64,000 nucleotides of DNA, taken from positions 46,252,001-46,316,000 of the forward strand of contig NC_134481.1 of assembly GCF_964194025.1 (NCBI RefSeq), given 5' to 3'. The DNA comes from Convolutriloba macropyga (taxonomy: Eukaryota). Below, piece after piece: positions 13,401-24,739 of this stretch (its first letter is position 1; the number at the start of each line of letters is the position of its first letter). A program made the position numbers and the translations under genes. The notes beneath the pieces were generated by a model. The model was not told the origin of the DNA. It did not search any database and saw only the letters and a program-made list of their open reading frames with translations.

Positions 13401-16400
13401 GATTATCCAAGTATTGACTCAGGAAATTGCAAGATCTTTGAACGTCGACCTGGACACAGGTATGGACCACTTGCTCAAACTGGAACCCTACTGTATTTAC
13501 GAGTTGGTTTGCAACCTATTCTCTGGTCACGAGATCAAACTCACATTTAGTAATAAAAAACCGGCAGAGGGACAATCGGAGCTAACGCTGGTTCGCTTCA
13601 GCAAGAAAGATATGAGTCGCATTAAGCTTTCAGTCAAACATGAATTGGAGGACGATGATTCCGATGACAGTAACAACGATGACAACAGTGGATACAGTCG
13701 AGGCACTTGGTTGCGAAGGCGCAGAATTGACGGATCCTTGACTAGAGTGCCCTGTGGGTTCTATCAGTCTGTTTGGCGGTTACTTGATAAATGTGAAGAA
13801 GGCATTTACGTTGAAAATAACATGCTATACGCTGGATGGTTAGTCGTTATTTCGCTAGTATAAACGCAACAATAATTATAGGTACTATTATTGTCTGATC
13901 AATTGCCCTCGGATGACGTCTGACGCAATTATTGTAGTCGTGCGTGTCTTCTTCTTTATGCTAAATTTTGCTTGATCCTTTATGACATCGTTTGAATTGG
14001 CATAAACTCAATTGCAAAGGCTGCTCAGCTTGAACATTTGAAGCAGCTGAAGAACTGAAATTTGGTATGCACGAAACTATGTGTTCTGAATTGGAACATC
14101 ATTTGTGCCTCTTTGCTTTTGTGCCTCTTTGATTTTGTGCCTCTTTTCATTAACTTTAAAATCGAAAACAATCGTCGTCTTAACCTACTATAGATGTTTC
14201 TTGACTCAAGGTAATTCCGTTGTTTTTATCAGCCTCGTTTTTGCAATTATAGATGCAGCTACGATGCTTTGTATGATGCAGCTACAATTTAGTATAATTC
14301 ATTGCTCTTTAACAAAGTTTGAAGCAATTAATGAAACGTGTTTTTTTGGCAAAATTTTTTGCTTGACCGTTTTCTTTTAGAACCTTCTTTCACTTCTTGA
14401 GTGACTTCATCAAGCTTGAATTTAAAAAAAAAATTTTTGAGTGATTTGAATTGCGAGCATCCAGAAAATACGTCTCTTCCCAAAGCCGGTTGTGAACGCT
14501 CAACGTACATAGCCTATAGAGCGTCGAGGTTAATGTCGACAACTGCATCCGAAAGGTCGCTTGCTCCAAACCCTCCGCGTCCAAGTTTTCGCAATATAAT
14601 CGTTTCTCTAGCCTATATCCCCCTCTAAATTGTTTGCCTCGTCTGAGGGTTAGAGGTCTGCGCTTCCCTTACAATTCAATCTTAATTTTGAGGTTTTCCT
14701 TAAGAATAATAACGTACTCTTGTAAACATAGGCTGATACATTCCAAATCCAGAAGTTTCAATTTCAGTGAAGTGTCATTTTGGTGAAAGAGTCACAGAGC
14801 TCGCATTTTTTGTGATCTCAATTTATTTGATTGTGCTTATCGTGTAAACGTCAGTTCCTTTTATCTCCGGGTTAAATATTTTAAATTGTGATTGGCCGAC
14901 ACTCACAGTCTTTCATATAGTCTGTCTGCCGTTCTGAATTAGATTTTTTAGTGGTGTTCTTTAGTTTCAGGGTTATTGTTGTTTGATTGCAGATTTTCTT
15001 ATTGACCTCTTAAAGCAGCCGAGCTAGCTTATCAGCAGTCTACTTCCAAAGTTCGTGCAATTTGGTGCCCTGTAAATTGTTAATTGCTCTCGAACGAATT
15101 TTGACGTAATCATTGTAAACGTCTTTGTTTTCATGCAAAATTTTTGCTCGACCGTTTTGTTCTGGACAATTCTTTCGATTTCACTTCTCGAGTGACCTTT
15201 TCACGCTTTTTGCTTGAATTTGTGTAACCTAATTTGCTTGTGTTCAGATTTCAGATCTTTTATTTTTTACCCTCCCCCAGCTTGGTGGGCATATATCTTT
15301 TACACCCCCGGCGCGCGTGCTGGTTTTATATAGTAACCTGCTATATAACAATACAATTTGTAATTGGGTGCATAAAAAACTCTGGGGGCCGAAACAGAAT
15401 TTATACCAGAAATTAAGTATGGTCCTAAGAGAAAAGCAATCGTAGGGTAAGCTGACACAAGGCTCTGATAGCCGAGTGATCAATGCGTAAGTTTATTAAG
15501 ACGGAGGTTGGGGGTTTCGAGACCCTCCGTGATCGGAATTTATTGCACCCATAAAAATTTTTCTAGGAATCAGCCTTCTTTCTATTAAATTGCCCCACCT
15601 GTCATTTGAGAGAAATTTGTCCGACGTTTGTTGGTTTATTAATAGCCGCCCTCATCTTCTCAGCCGGCTATTATAGCGCTCCTATTTTGTTTACTTCGTC
15701 GAATAAAAAAAATGTTTCGCTTTACCTCATTTTGCCGCTTTTTCAACATTTTGCGTGATATCTTTTTGACTTCTCTAGGCTAGTTTCTCTCTTCTCTCAT
15801 TCTGCTAAAAGTGATTTTGAACATCAGTTGCTCAGCAAAGCAATTCAAAATGAACAGAGTCAGTATAAAAAATTGAAGTCAGAAGTAGAAACGGGATAAA
15901 CCCATAAAGCCCAATTTTAGATGCCCGCTATTTGAACGTCGTTCCTATAAGTCTTAGTTACCATCTCTAATGCTTATTGGTATTGATAGTAGCCCCTGTA
16001 GCCTCTCTCTAAGAAACAGAAGTACGTTATGTTTAGCTACGAAATGCCATCAAAATAAATCGGACTTAAAAAATGTTTTTGTACAAAAATCTTGTTTTTT
16101 CAATATCTTCTATTCTTTCAATCCCAATCATGCTTATTGGAATCAACGGCGGCTGTTTTCCGGCAATCTGCCGGGTATGTTTTAGAAATTAGTACTAAGC
16201 TTATTGCTCTCCTATTTAATAGGTGATTTCACTATAGTTGTTTAAACTAACGACATTGAACGAAGGAATTAGAACATTTCTTGGCAGTTAGTAAAAAATA
16301 GACTGGGTTCATTTCTTCGTTTTAATTTTCTGTTTAAATTCCGGTGCTGGTCAGTGGGCTGAACAGCGGTTATTTTCCGGCAATTTGATGGCTATGTTCA

Positions 16401-19400
16401 AAGTTTTTTCCTGGGTAGTTTAATGTTTTTGGCTTTTTCTACGAACATTTTTTGCTTTCTTATTCAGTTTATCTGCTTTTTTCTTATTTGCTAAACCTAT
16501 CGCTGTTTTCTCTTTTTTATGGAGTCCCATTTTTCCTCGTTTCGAAGTCGCCATTTGGACTGAGCGGAGGTAAGATCATTTCTAGAAATAAAAGGCTTTG
16601 TAGCAAATGGGAGAAAAGTGGAGTGAGCGGAGTCGAAGTGGTCAGCACTGTCAATGCTAGAATCTCTGTCAGAATCTCTATTTATTATGCAGCAGATGTT
16701 ATCAAGTTTGAGTTTTTTCGACGTTTTTAACGTTTGGGTTGAAAATTTTTGTAAACCTCAGGGGATATAGCTCAGTGATAGAGCATTCGATTGCAGGTCG
16801 AGAGGTCCCCTTGTTTTATGCTTAAGTGAACTGATAATTTTTCTCAGGCCGAACTCGAGCTTCGCTGGGTTTGAACTCGCTCAACGTAACAGGAACGCGT
16901 TTTGTTTTTCGTTTTAATTCATGTATGTTTTTATGTGCGTGACGTAATTCGTTATATTCTCTAGACGACCTGCTTTTGAATTTGAAGTGCTCGATTAGTT
17001 TGTTCGTGACAAATGAATTAACCTCACTCACTTGCGTTAACACTAATATCAAGGTCATTTGAGGATGCTCTAACCCCTTTCAAGGTCAGTGAAGGACCCT
17101 ATCCTATCTGAAAGATATCTATACTATGCCTGAAAAACATTAACAAATATATAAATGTCACTAAGACAGCGAAATAAAAAAGAAGTGGTTGAAGTAGAGA
17201 GATGACTGGTCGAAAATATTCAAAACTAAATCGAACCACGATCTGAGGGCTTTCGGCTAGTCAATAAATATCGTTCATTTAATTATTCACCGTGACATTT
17301 TTAAAAGGCAAAATGTTAGGTTCTTATTCAAGCTCTCGGAATGTTTTTACACAAGTTTAAACCAAATTATGAAAAAAAAACCGAAATTTTGCTAAATACG
17401 AGGTTCGATTTAGAGGTCGAAATTGATTATCTTTTGACAATTTCGTGTTGATTACTTTTTTAGGACTCAAGAGATGACACAGGACGAGCTCAAGTTTGAC
17501 CTGAAGGTGGAGGAAGTGTTCAGCAAAATCACAGAGCCAGAATACAGACAGGTATTGAATATAATTACAGGGTTTTCTCATCATAGCCCCAGCTTAGTGG
17601 ACGTAGTGTTTACCCCATGGCATCAAATATACCATTATGGGAGCTATAATGGAAAGACGCAAAAAATTTTAATACAAAATTACAATATTAGGAACAGTCT
17701 AGAACATTTCGAATGCGATATGTTATTTCATCTGGATTCAAAAGCTAAGGTTATTGCAGAATTTAAATTATTAAAAACCACCGGTCTCGTTGGATGTTAT
17801 TAATCACTGATATTTTTATAATAATGTGCGCTATTATCAACGTTAAACATTATGAGGATGATCTATCCCCTTTCAAGCTGTGTGCGTATAAAACTAAAAC
17901 AAGGAGGCTCGGTTATGTGCGTTCGCACATAAAGTTCCGATCCCGCTCATCCGCATTTTTGGCATAAATGTCTACCAAATGAGGAACAGATAGAAACCCC
18001 CCAAAGATTCAAATATTTTTCAAAAAAAAATGTGTATGAAAAACAAGATGGCATCCAACGCAAAAAACTCAGTGCAGTTAAAATTGGCGCATTAGATTGA
18101 TGAGATCAGCCATTATTAAAAAAGCAAACCGAAACGAACAGCAAAATCAAACAACAATAACAAACTTTAATTACATCCAAAACTTACGAACAAAGTCAAA
18201 AAATAGTGTCAGATTAAACTGAAACTAAACAAAATAATTTTTTACTTCACTAGAAAAGATACGGATCAATCCATTATTAGGCTCTGTAACATTTAGACAA
18301 AAAGGAACAAATGAAAACAGCAAAGTTAATAAATTCGCTTATTTTAAAAAAAAAACACTTTCAAAGTAATGAAAACCATTAGATATCAATTGAAGTTACC
18401 CAAATGGGGATTTGGAACTGCATAGGAAGCAAAATGGACCTATCAACGGTGAGCTTTGATTTGAATTGTTCGTTCTTTATTAATATTAAAAAGAATGAAA
18501 TTTTTAAAAAAAGAACGACTGATTACAATCCGAATTATTTTTCGATTTTAACATCCAAGATTTAATCAAAATTAGCCTTGCTATTGCTGTTCGTGCATTA
18601 AGAACGCTCAATTCTTTCGAATGTTATATATCTAGAAAATTTGTTAGTGAAAAGATCAATAAATGTTTCGTTTTTGATATTCTTAGAGTAAAGTTAACAA
18701 AAAACGGTAAAATTTGAATTGCAGACTACTCTCAGTGGAAGTAAGAATGGCTCCCTTTGTAGTTTACAAAGATTGTGTTAACGGTTTTTGGGTGTGTACT
18801 TCCGGCAAAGTTAATCAAAGTGGACTAAGGAAGCTTATTTCGGCAATTTTTGAAATATTTAGCCAAAATTTAAGCCAAAAACAAATTAAATCAAAATTGT
18901 CAAGAATTCTTTTTGTCATTGAAAATAAATCAACGGTACTTTTTTTTTACATATTTTAGCGAAATTGACGAAAAATTGGTCAAAAATTACGGAAAATGTG
19001 AATAAAAACAACATAATTCACTCTAAGTTTTCTCAAAAGTTTAAACCTCGATAGCTCCCTATAAAAAACGAAAATAAAAATCTTTTTAATTCCGTATTCT
19101 ACGCTGGACCAGCTGTCTATTGATCCAGTCTCAACTCTCAACGATGAATATATCGATCGGCCAAAGTTGTCTGAACAAAAAAAACCCATTTGAGCATATA
19201 GTTCCCCCCCCCCCCCCCCTCAATAGGGGTCGGAACTGTTATTACGTCCCCGAGCACACGCTACTTTCTTTCACAACGCTTGGTTTGTGTTGGGGTCTAT
19301 GCATGTGGAGCTACTGTGAAAATGGACCAGTACAATTTACATTAGGTTGTTCTCTCTCAACCTTCTTAAAATTTGTAACTGCGGTCTTCAACAGCACTGG

Positions 19401-19777
19401 GGAGTAGGAGCAGAATAAGTCAATTAATAAAGAAATTGTGGGACCAAAATTTTGCTTTGTAGGTACTGATTGAAGCGATGATGGTGTTGGCAAGTCTTGT
19501 TGACCACCACTACGGACAGAGATTGACCTCTGTGATGCACATTGAGAACCTTGCCAAACATGCAAACCACCTGTTCCTCATTGACATGTCCAAGAAGAAC
19601 CCAGATATCCCCTACGAGACCCTGTCCAGTGGTATCAAAGATCTATCCTATTACTTCTACGATTCAGCTCCCAGTGGGAGATTCGGAACCTTGACCTACT
19701 TGATTAAAGCCACTGTTATGTATCTGGAGGCCACTAGTCCCTCCCACGCCGATAAAGTCACTTGCAAAGTCAACTAG
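7406..19777 (+). CDS. PHKA: Phosphorylase b kinase regulatory subunit alpha; join(7406..7641,10683..10769,11043..13838,17464..17551,19463..19777), 1173 aa
   Basis: Diagnostic N-terminus MRSRSNSG; AWIRDNVY, WGHLQMDA, PDFGIWERGDKTN, LPRESNSKE, GCKRFLRDG, IECEWP, WLRRRRIDGSL, PEYRQ, YDSAPSGRFGT; C-terminal CaaX-like CKVN. All four introns are GT-AG and phase-compatible (2,2,2,0). Confidence 0.96.
9765..10370 (+). mobile_element. Helentron/HINE-like family A copy in PHKA intron 1
   Basis: Head taatagctgc...gcttttattggcct; body (ttcatgcaatttc..ttgaatagcatgtgtg..agtggagcga) shared with 35410-35480. Confidence 0.5.
15461..15628 (+). mobile_element. tRNA-derived SINE-like element
   Basis: Starts GGCTCTGATAGCCGAGTGAT (A box) ... 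GGTTTCGAGACC (B box) with tRNA-like spacing but no intact cloverleaf; tail shared with 3460-3495. Confidence 0.55.
15638..16740 (+). mobile_element. Helentron/HINE-like family A fragments in PHKA intron 3
   Basis: Head taatagccgc...ggctattat; tail motif gcgg(c/t)t(g/a)ttttccggcaat..g..gg.tatgtt at ~16148 and ~16366. Confidence 0.45.
16761..16810 (+). pseudogene. 3'-truncated tRNA-Cys(GCA) pseudogene
   Basis: GGGGATATAGCTCAGTGATAGAGCATTCGATTGCAGGTCGAGAGGTCCC differs from the first 49 nt of the intact tRNA at 48041-48112 by 3 substitutions; T arm and acceptor 3' strand are missing. Confidence 0.85.
17896..19240 (-). mobile_element. Apparently full-length non-autonomous Helentron (HINE/DINE-1-like) element, family B, in PHKA intron 4
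   Basis: Subterminal inverted repeats agttccgatccc (17933-17944) / ggggtcggaact (19226-19237); 9-bp stem hairpin ttatgtgcg-tt-cgcacataa next to one subTIR; extra internal IR agttcccc (~19200); T-rich end on the minus strand; no coding capacity. Confidence 0.7.
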
Positions 19778-20408
19778 ATAGATTAATAGAATACTTTTAA
19801 TAAAATTTTCCCTATGCAGTCCCCTCTCACTCGCCAAAAAATTGTGCTGTTCTGGTATAGTTTTTTCTCTTTTTTTGGGTGGGATGGGGGTGGGTGGGTC
19901 ATCTATAGAGAAATAACCGTTTCATCTATAGTGGGAGAGTTAATAAAATTTATCTAATTAGATTTTTTCAAGTGATAGATGATTTTGTAATTGTTGAAAT
20001 ATTGAACTTTCAATCAATTTCTGTATTTCAATAAATTTCATAGTATTCACAAAACTTAACTTAGTTTTATATGTATTTGATGAATAGATTTTGGGTAGTT
20101 TCATGTTTTAATCTTTAGAGAAAACAACATCAGAATCAGTTTGTGTCGGTCGTTGAGATGCTTTATTATTGCAAAGATTTAAACTCACACCAGCTGAAAT
20201 TGATGCCTACTATCAATTTTTGACTTTCAGATGAACAATGACGCTATTATGAATAACAGAAGGTCTAATATCAAAAGTACTGACGACACTAAATACAATT
20301 CAATACGAGCATACAGCTGATTATTATGTACAAGTTTATATTTAGTGCTCTCTGCTTGTTCAAATGACGAAACATCTTTCATTGTGACTTGTAATTATCT
20401 CCGATAAC

Positions 20409-21737
20409 ATGTTTACTTCTGCCAATATTCCCAACATGCAATCTTCACATGCGCTACCATCAGGCTATCAAACTCACCACCAAATGTACGTGAACAACCG
20501 CCCCTCTTCGACAGTTTACCCTCAAAATGTTGGTTCCAATTCTCAATTGATGCAGCAATTGGGACAAGGCCCGGCACATCAGACTATATCCGGTTTTCAG
20601 AATTCCGGAAGAGATGCCAAAGCGGTGAACTGGGAAATGTACGAAGCTAAGAACAAAGCAAGATCTGGACATTTGAATAAAAAGATCCACAAAATGATTT
20701 ATGAAGAACGAGCTCACATGAAGTACATTGTATCACACATGGGTAATGTTCATCAACAACAGCAACAATGTCAACAAGCGTTCCTGCATCAAAGTCATCA
20801 CTCGATTCCCAGATCTCTTCTTGGATCCAATTTGCAGACAACCCGGGAACCCACGAGTCCAACTGCGGCAAGTATGGTTCCTCAGACTCCCTACAATGGT
20901 GCTATGGTTCCCAACGTCCACCAACAGAGCTTTTCTTACGATTCCTATCCAAATAGCCACATTCCGTCTTCGTTTGTTGGATCAAACTTTGGAACTCCAA
21001 GTCATCAACAAAACTTATCGCCTGCCTCAACGTGTACGCCAGTCAACCAAAGTTTCTCCTCAGTTTCAAATGTGTCAAACGGTGGGAGTCCTTGTTCAAT
21101 GAATGCATCGTACTCTTCGACACCGCCTGCGCATTTATCTCCAAGTGCTAACTCGACCAGAAGTGAGGCCAGTTCGTCGTTGAGTGGCCTGTCATCGGCA
21201 CAGAACCGAAATATAACCAACTCGGCTATCGGAGCGCAAGAGCAAAGCGCAGTAAACTATTCGCCAATATCAAATGTTAGTACAAATCAACCTCTTCAAG
21301 AGAACAGTAATAACTTCTTCCCCTCAGTACCTCAGTCTAACAACTTAGTTTTCTCCAATGACCATGGAGCCATCGGGAACTTGCCTCAGTCGTCAGGTAA
21401 TCAAAATCAGGTGTTAGCGAGTGTCAACGACTTGTTCGATTATATTTCACCTGGGCCTGATCATAATTCGCAGTCGCCTTATAGCCAATCAACTTCATCA
21501 AGTGGACATGGTTCGAGACATATTGATTGGACAGTTTCGGATGTTAATGCGATTCCTATTGGTCAGAGTCCCTTAGCCAATCAGAACAGTCCCTTGGTTG
21601 ATATGGAGATGCCGCCTGATTTAGACCTAAGTGGAAGTTTTGAAGAGGATCTCTTTCGTCCCGACGAATCCGCCAATGAAGTTTTAAACTCCACCAATGC
21701 CACCAATACTGATCAGATATCAGGCGGATTTTTCTAA
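20409..21737 (+). CDS. 442-aa low-complexity S/Q/N/P-rich protein with one basic helix and an acidic C-terminus; possible transcriptional co-activator
   Basis: Intronless 1.3-kb ORF; acceptor ctttcag ends 20230; only ordered-looking segment is ~aa 68-112; acidic-hydrophobic tail DMEMPPDLDLSGSFEEDLF. Confidence 0.75.
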   Translation: MFTSANIPNMQSSHALPSGYQTHHQMYVNNRPSSTVYPQNVGSNSQLMQQLGQGPAHQTISGFQNSGRDAKAVNWEMYEAKNKARSGHLNKKIHKMIYEERAHMKYIVSHMGNVHQQQQQCQQAFLHQSHHSIPRSLLGSNLQTTREPTSPTAASMVPQTPYNGAMVPNVHQQSFSYDSYPNSHIPSSFVGSNFGTPSHQQNLSPASTCTPVNQSFSSVSNVSNGGSPCSMNASYSSTPPAHLSPSANSTRSEASSSLSGLSSAQNRNITNSAIGAQEQSAVNYSPISNVSTNQPLQENSNNFFPSVPQSNNLVFSNDHGAIGNLPQSSGNQNQVLASVNDLFDYISPGPDHNSQSPYSQSTSSSGHGSRHIDWTVSDVNAIPIGQSPLANQNSPLVDMEMPPDLDLSGSFEEDLFRPDESANEVLNSTNATNTDQISGGFF

Positions 21738-22145
21738 ACAACATGACGTATATTTAATGCTTCGTTTGCCTAGGTCTTTAGATATTTATTTAAGCTTAAT
21801 AATATCTAATATTTATACCTTTGAAATCAATATTTATACATTCCTTGATAATACACTCTTAGTACAGCTTTTATAGTTAATTTTTGACTAATAATCAGTT
21901 TTGCATCAGATGAACATTATGAACTTTTGATAGAAATTGAGTTTGAACTTTTGTGTATATGGTGTGGTAAAGAATATATAGAGCGCCTACTTGAGAAAAG
22001 TATATATGCACAGCTCAAATAGCACGTTTTAGAACGAGATCTTTATCATCGCAAATTTAAGTAGGCCACGCTAAAGTTAAGTATAGCCAAAACTTAATTC
22101 GAACACGTTTGATCTTAATCATCTTACACCTCATAAGTAATAGTG

Positions 22146-23633
22146 ATGGGTTGCGACTTCGTCCATAATATTAATCAAATGAAATCAATTGAGTCATGTT
22201 TTGGAACAAGTAGTGAAGTTTCATTGTTCTCATTGCCTCTTGAAATTATCCAAATTATTTCCCAAAATTTGATAGATTCTGAAATTGCGTCCAGATTTTT
22301 TGGACGGGGTTTGAGTCATCTGCTAAATCTGAGAACAACGTGTGCTTATATGAACAATGTTGTATTAAATATCCCACTAAATCTAAAATTCCAACTATCA
22401 AGTTCCTCTATTCCAAGTCAAAGTTCGGGTCTGTATTCTCTTATCGAGTTCATGGCTTCGGAAACGATGTGGCGAGTAGCGACCTTAATTCTCAACGATT
22501 CCAGTCCGAACCTTAATAGTTCCAAACAGTTGATTGGGTTCCTGGGAAACTTCGGTCAAATTTTTGAGGCCTCCTTGAAAAGTGTGACATTGAATTACGC
22601 ACAAAGTGTCTGTTTTGCAGACGAACTTCTCAGTTTTCTCAACAAATTTGCATTTACAAACAGAACTGTTGTTACAATTCGTTATTCTCTGGGGACAACC
22701 GATTCTGAATCGTCAGATATTCAACCTTATCGCGACTATGTTCGAGATGTTATCATCGCCAGACGTGCACAGTCAAGTATCTGTATTCCTTCGTTGATTC
22801 AAACTTTTGCGAATGTTAGGGTTGTTACCTTGACCTGCCCTCTAATTTTATCATTAACAGTTCTCAGCTCTCTCAAATATCTACAATGCTTGACATTCAA
22901 AATATCTGTCATCATAGATGAAATATCATCTTATGGCGTGAGTTTAGAAAGTGTTCAAAAGTTGGAAATGGATTTACATGCTTTCAGGCGAAAGGATGTT
23001 CCCAATTTATCCATGGATTTTATACCAAAACATTTTCCAAATCTGAGATATTTCAGACTCTCGTCGTGTATTCCGACAACTTTCAACTTTGAAGTTGAAA
23101 ACTCGGTTGCCATTTGCCTACCCGATTCTTGCGAATCTTTGCACGTTCACTCGCAAAATGTTCTGAGCTATTTCGGAAAAGCTAAAATTAGAAATTTAAG
23201 TTTGCTCTCTGCCGATGTGGACAACGAACTGTTATCGACAAAGGATTGTTTAGTTTCTTTGAGTTGTTTGGTAATTGACACGGTATATTGCAACGATGTT
23301 TTCGAAGTCCTCGGTTTAATATTTGAGTTACTGAAGATCAGAGTACAATTGAAATGTATAGCTTTTGATGTCTCTGAATTTTCAGCTCGCAAGCAAAGAT
23401 TTATCTCAACTGATGATTTTGAACGAATTCGCGGCTGGTTCAATGAAAGAACGCTTTTCTTCGAAGCGCATGAGAATTTTCAGTATTTGTTAATTGGTAA
23501 ACTTCTTTTGACTTTCAAGACTAACACGGTATCTTCTAAAGAGTGGATGATTATGAAACATTTCGATGCCTTCCATGACTGGTCTAGAAAACTACTTCCG
23601 AAAAATGTGCAAATAATTGATGTCTCAGCGTAA
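22146..23633 (+). CDS. F-box protein with LRR-like C-terminal region (~495 aa; alternative ATG at 22179)
   Basis: SLFSLPLEIIQIISQNL...LLNLRTTC is an F-box-like motif; LRR-like segments LSSLKYLQCLTF, LESVQKLEM, FPNLRYFRLS; AATAAA at 23665-23670; intronless. Confidence 0.75.
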   Translation: MGCDFVHNINQMKSIESCFGTSSEVSLFSLPLEIIQIISQNLIDSEIASRFFGRGLSHLLNLRTTCAYMNNVVLNIPLNLKFQLSSSSIPSQSSGLYSLIEFMASETMWRVATLILNDSSPNLNSSKQLIGFLGNFGQIFEASLKSVTLNYAQSVCFADELLSFLNKFAFTNRTVVTIRYSLGTTDSESSDIQPYRDYVRDVIIARRAQSSICIPSLIQTFANVRVVTLTCPLILSLTVLSSLKYLQCLTFKISVIIDEISSYGVSLESVQKLEMDLHAFRRKDVPNLSMDFIPKHFPNLRYFRLSSCIPTTFNFEVENSVAICLPDSCESLHVHSQNVLSYFGKAKIRNLSLLSADVDNELLSTKDCLVSLSCLVIDTVYCNDVFEVLGLIFELLKIRVQLKCIAFDVSEFSARKQRFISTDDFERIRGWFNERTLFFEAHENFQYLLIGKLLLTFKTNTVSSKEWMIMKHFDAFHDWSRKLLPKNVQIIDVSA

Positions 23634-24739
23634 ATTGTACCAATTGTAAATAGTGTAAATTGTAAATAAAATTTGTATTCTGATCTTTGTTCAATGTAGA
23701 GGAAATTGTCGTAAAAACTAATAAAATTTTGTCATCAATTACTGACGATAATCGAATCAGATATGAAAACAGCTAAGTGTGTCCTCAAGAATAGAAGAAA
23801 AGAAAGTTCTTTATAATTCAGGAGTTGATTGAGAAGATGCAAACGAATTATTGTAGAATTAATGTTCTCATTTCAAGCTGTCGTTTTCATGCTAGACTGG
23901 CAAGCTCACGCTTTTTTCAAGCCTAAGAATTATTACACTTCTTTCAAAAAGTTTAAATGATGGTTTCCGCTGAAAACAATTTTTATCGTACCCGCATCAA
24001 TTATGGCTCTATATTATTAAAGTGACTGATGTATGGTCTCGCCATATTCTTGCCATACGAGCAAACAGAAAAGCAATATATGCAGCTGTAGTTTTTGTCG
24101 GTAATTTTTTTTACTTCATTGAGATAACGAACTTGAAAAAACGAAAAATGCAGAAGCGCTTTTTTATGTTTCTTCACATGGATCCAGGAATTTCCGGCAG
24201 TTTTCAAAATTTGTTTTCATAACCAGGTGACGTGACAGGCACTGTTGATGAATTTGTTTATACTGATGTTTGTTTCTAATGGCAACTTTTTTCTCCAGTT
24301 GTAAAAGTGTCTTTCAACGAGGTTTATTTTTCTAGGGCACTGTTAGGTTTTGTTTTCTCGTATTTTTGAAAGTGAGCAATAAGTTAAATGCCTATAAAGG
24401 AAAATCTACAAGTGGGCAACCATTCCCAGGATCTATGCACACTGCTCGCAAACTTCTTTAAAATATATGTTTCCGAAAGCAAAACAAGCAAGTCAGTCTT
24501 CGGTCCCTTGTGTGCTTTTGATTGGAAATCACAACTGTCTTGCTTCTCCGTCCTCCGTGCAATCGATGCGCAATCGGTCGCAAGAGCTGGTATCAGTATG
24601 GTATGTGGTGTGGCTGCTTTGAATGGGTACACCCAAAAGGAACATTCAAAGATAAATGAAACGATAAGTTTGACTGTATGCGCTGCATCTGACGCCCTCC
24701 TAATAAAGGTTCTAATTTTTGCAAAAAATAGACTTGTTT

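Noticed and set aside
11633-13470. Antisense and alternate-frame ORFs inside PHKA exon 3 (also inside 951-1421, 20409-21737, 22146-23633 and SLC10A7)
   Set aside because: Shadow ORFs of real coding sequence with no recognisable motifs.
11134-13863. Stand-alone 909-aa GH15 glucoamylase gene
   Set aside because: It is exon 3 of PHKA; flanking exons splice in frame.
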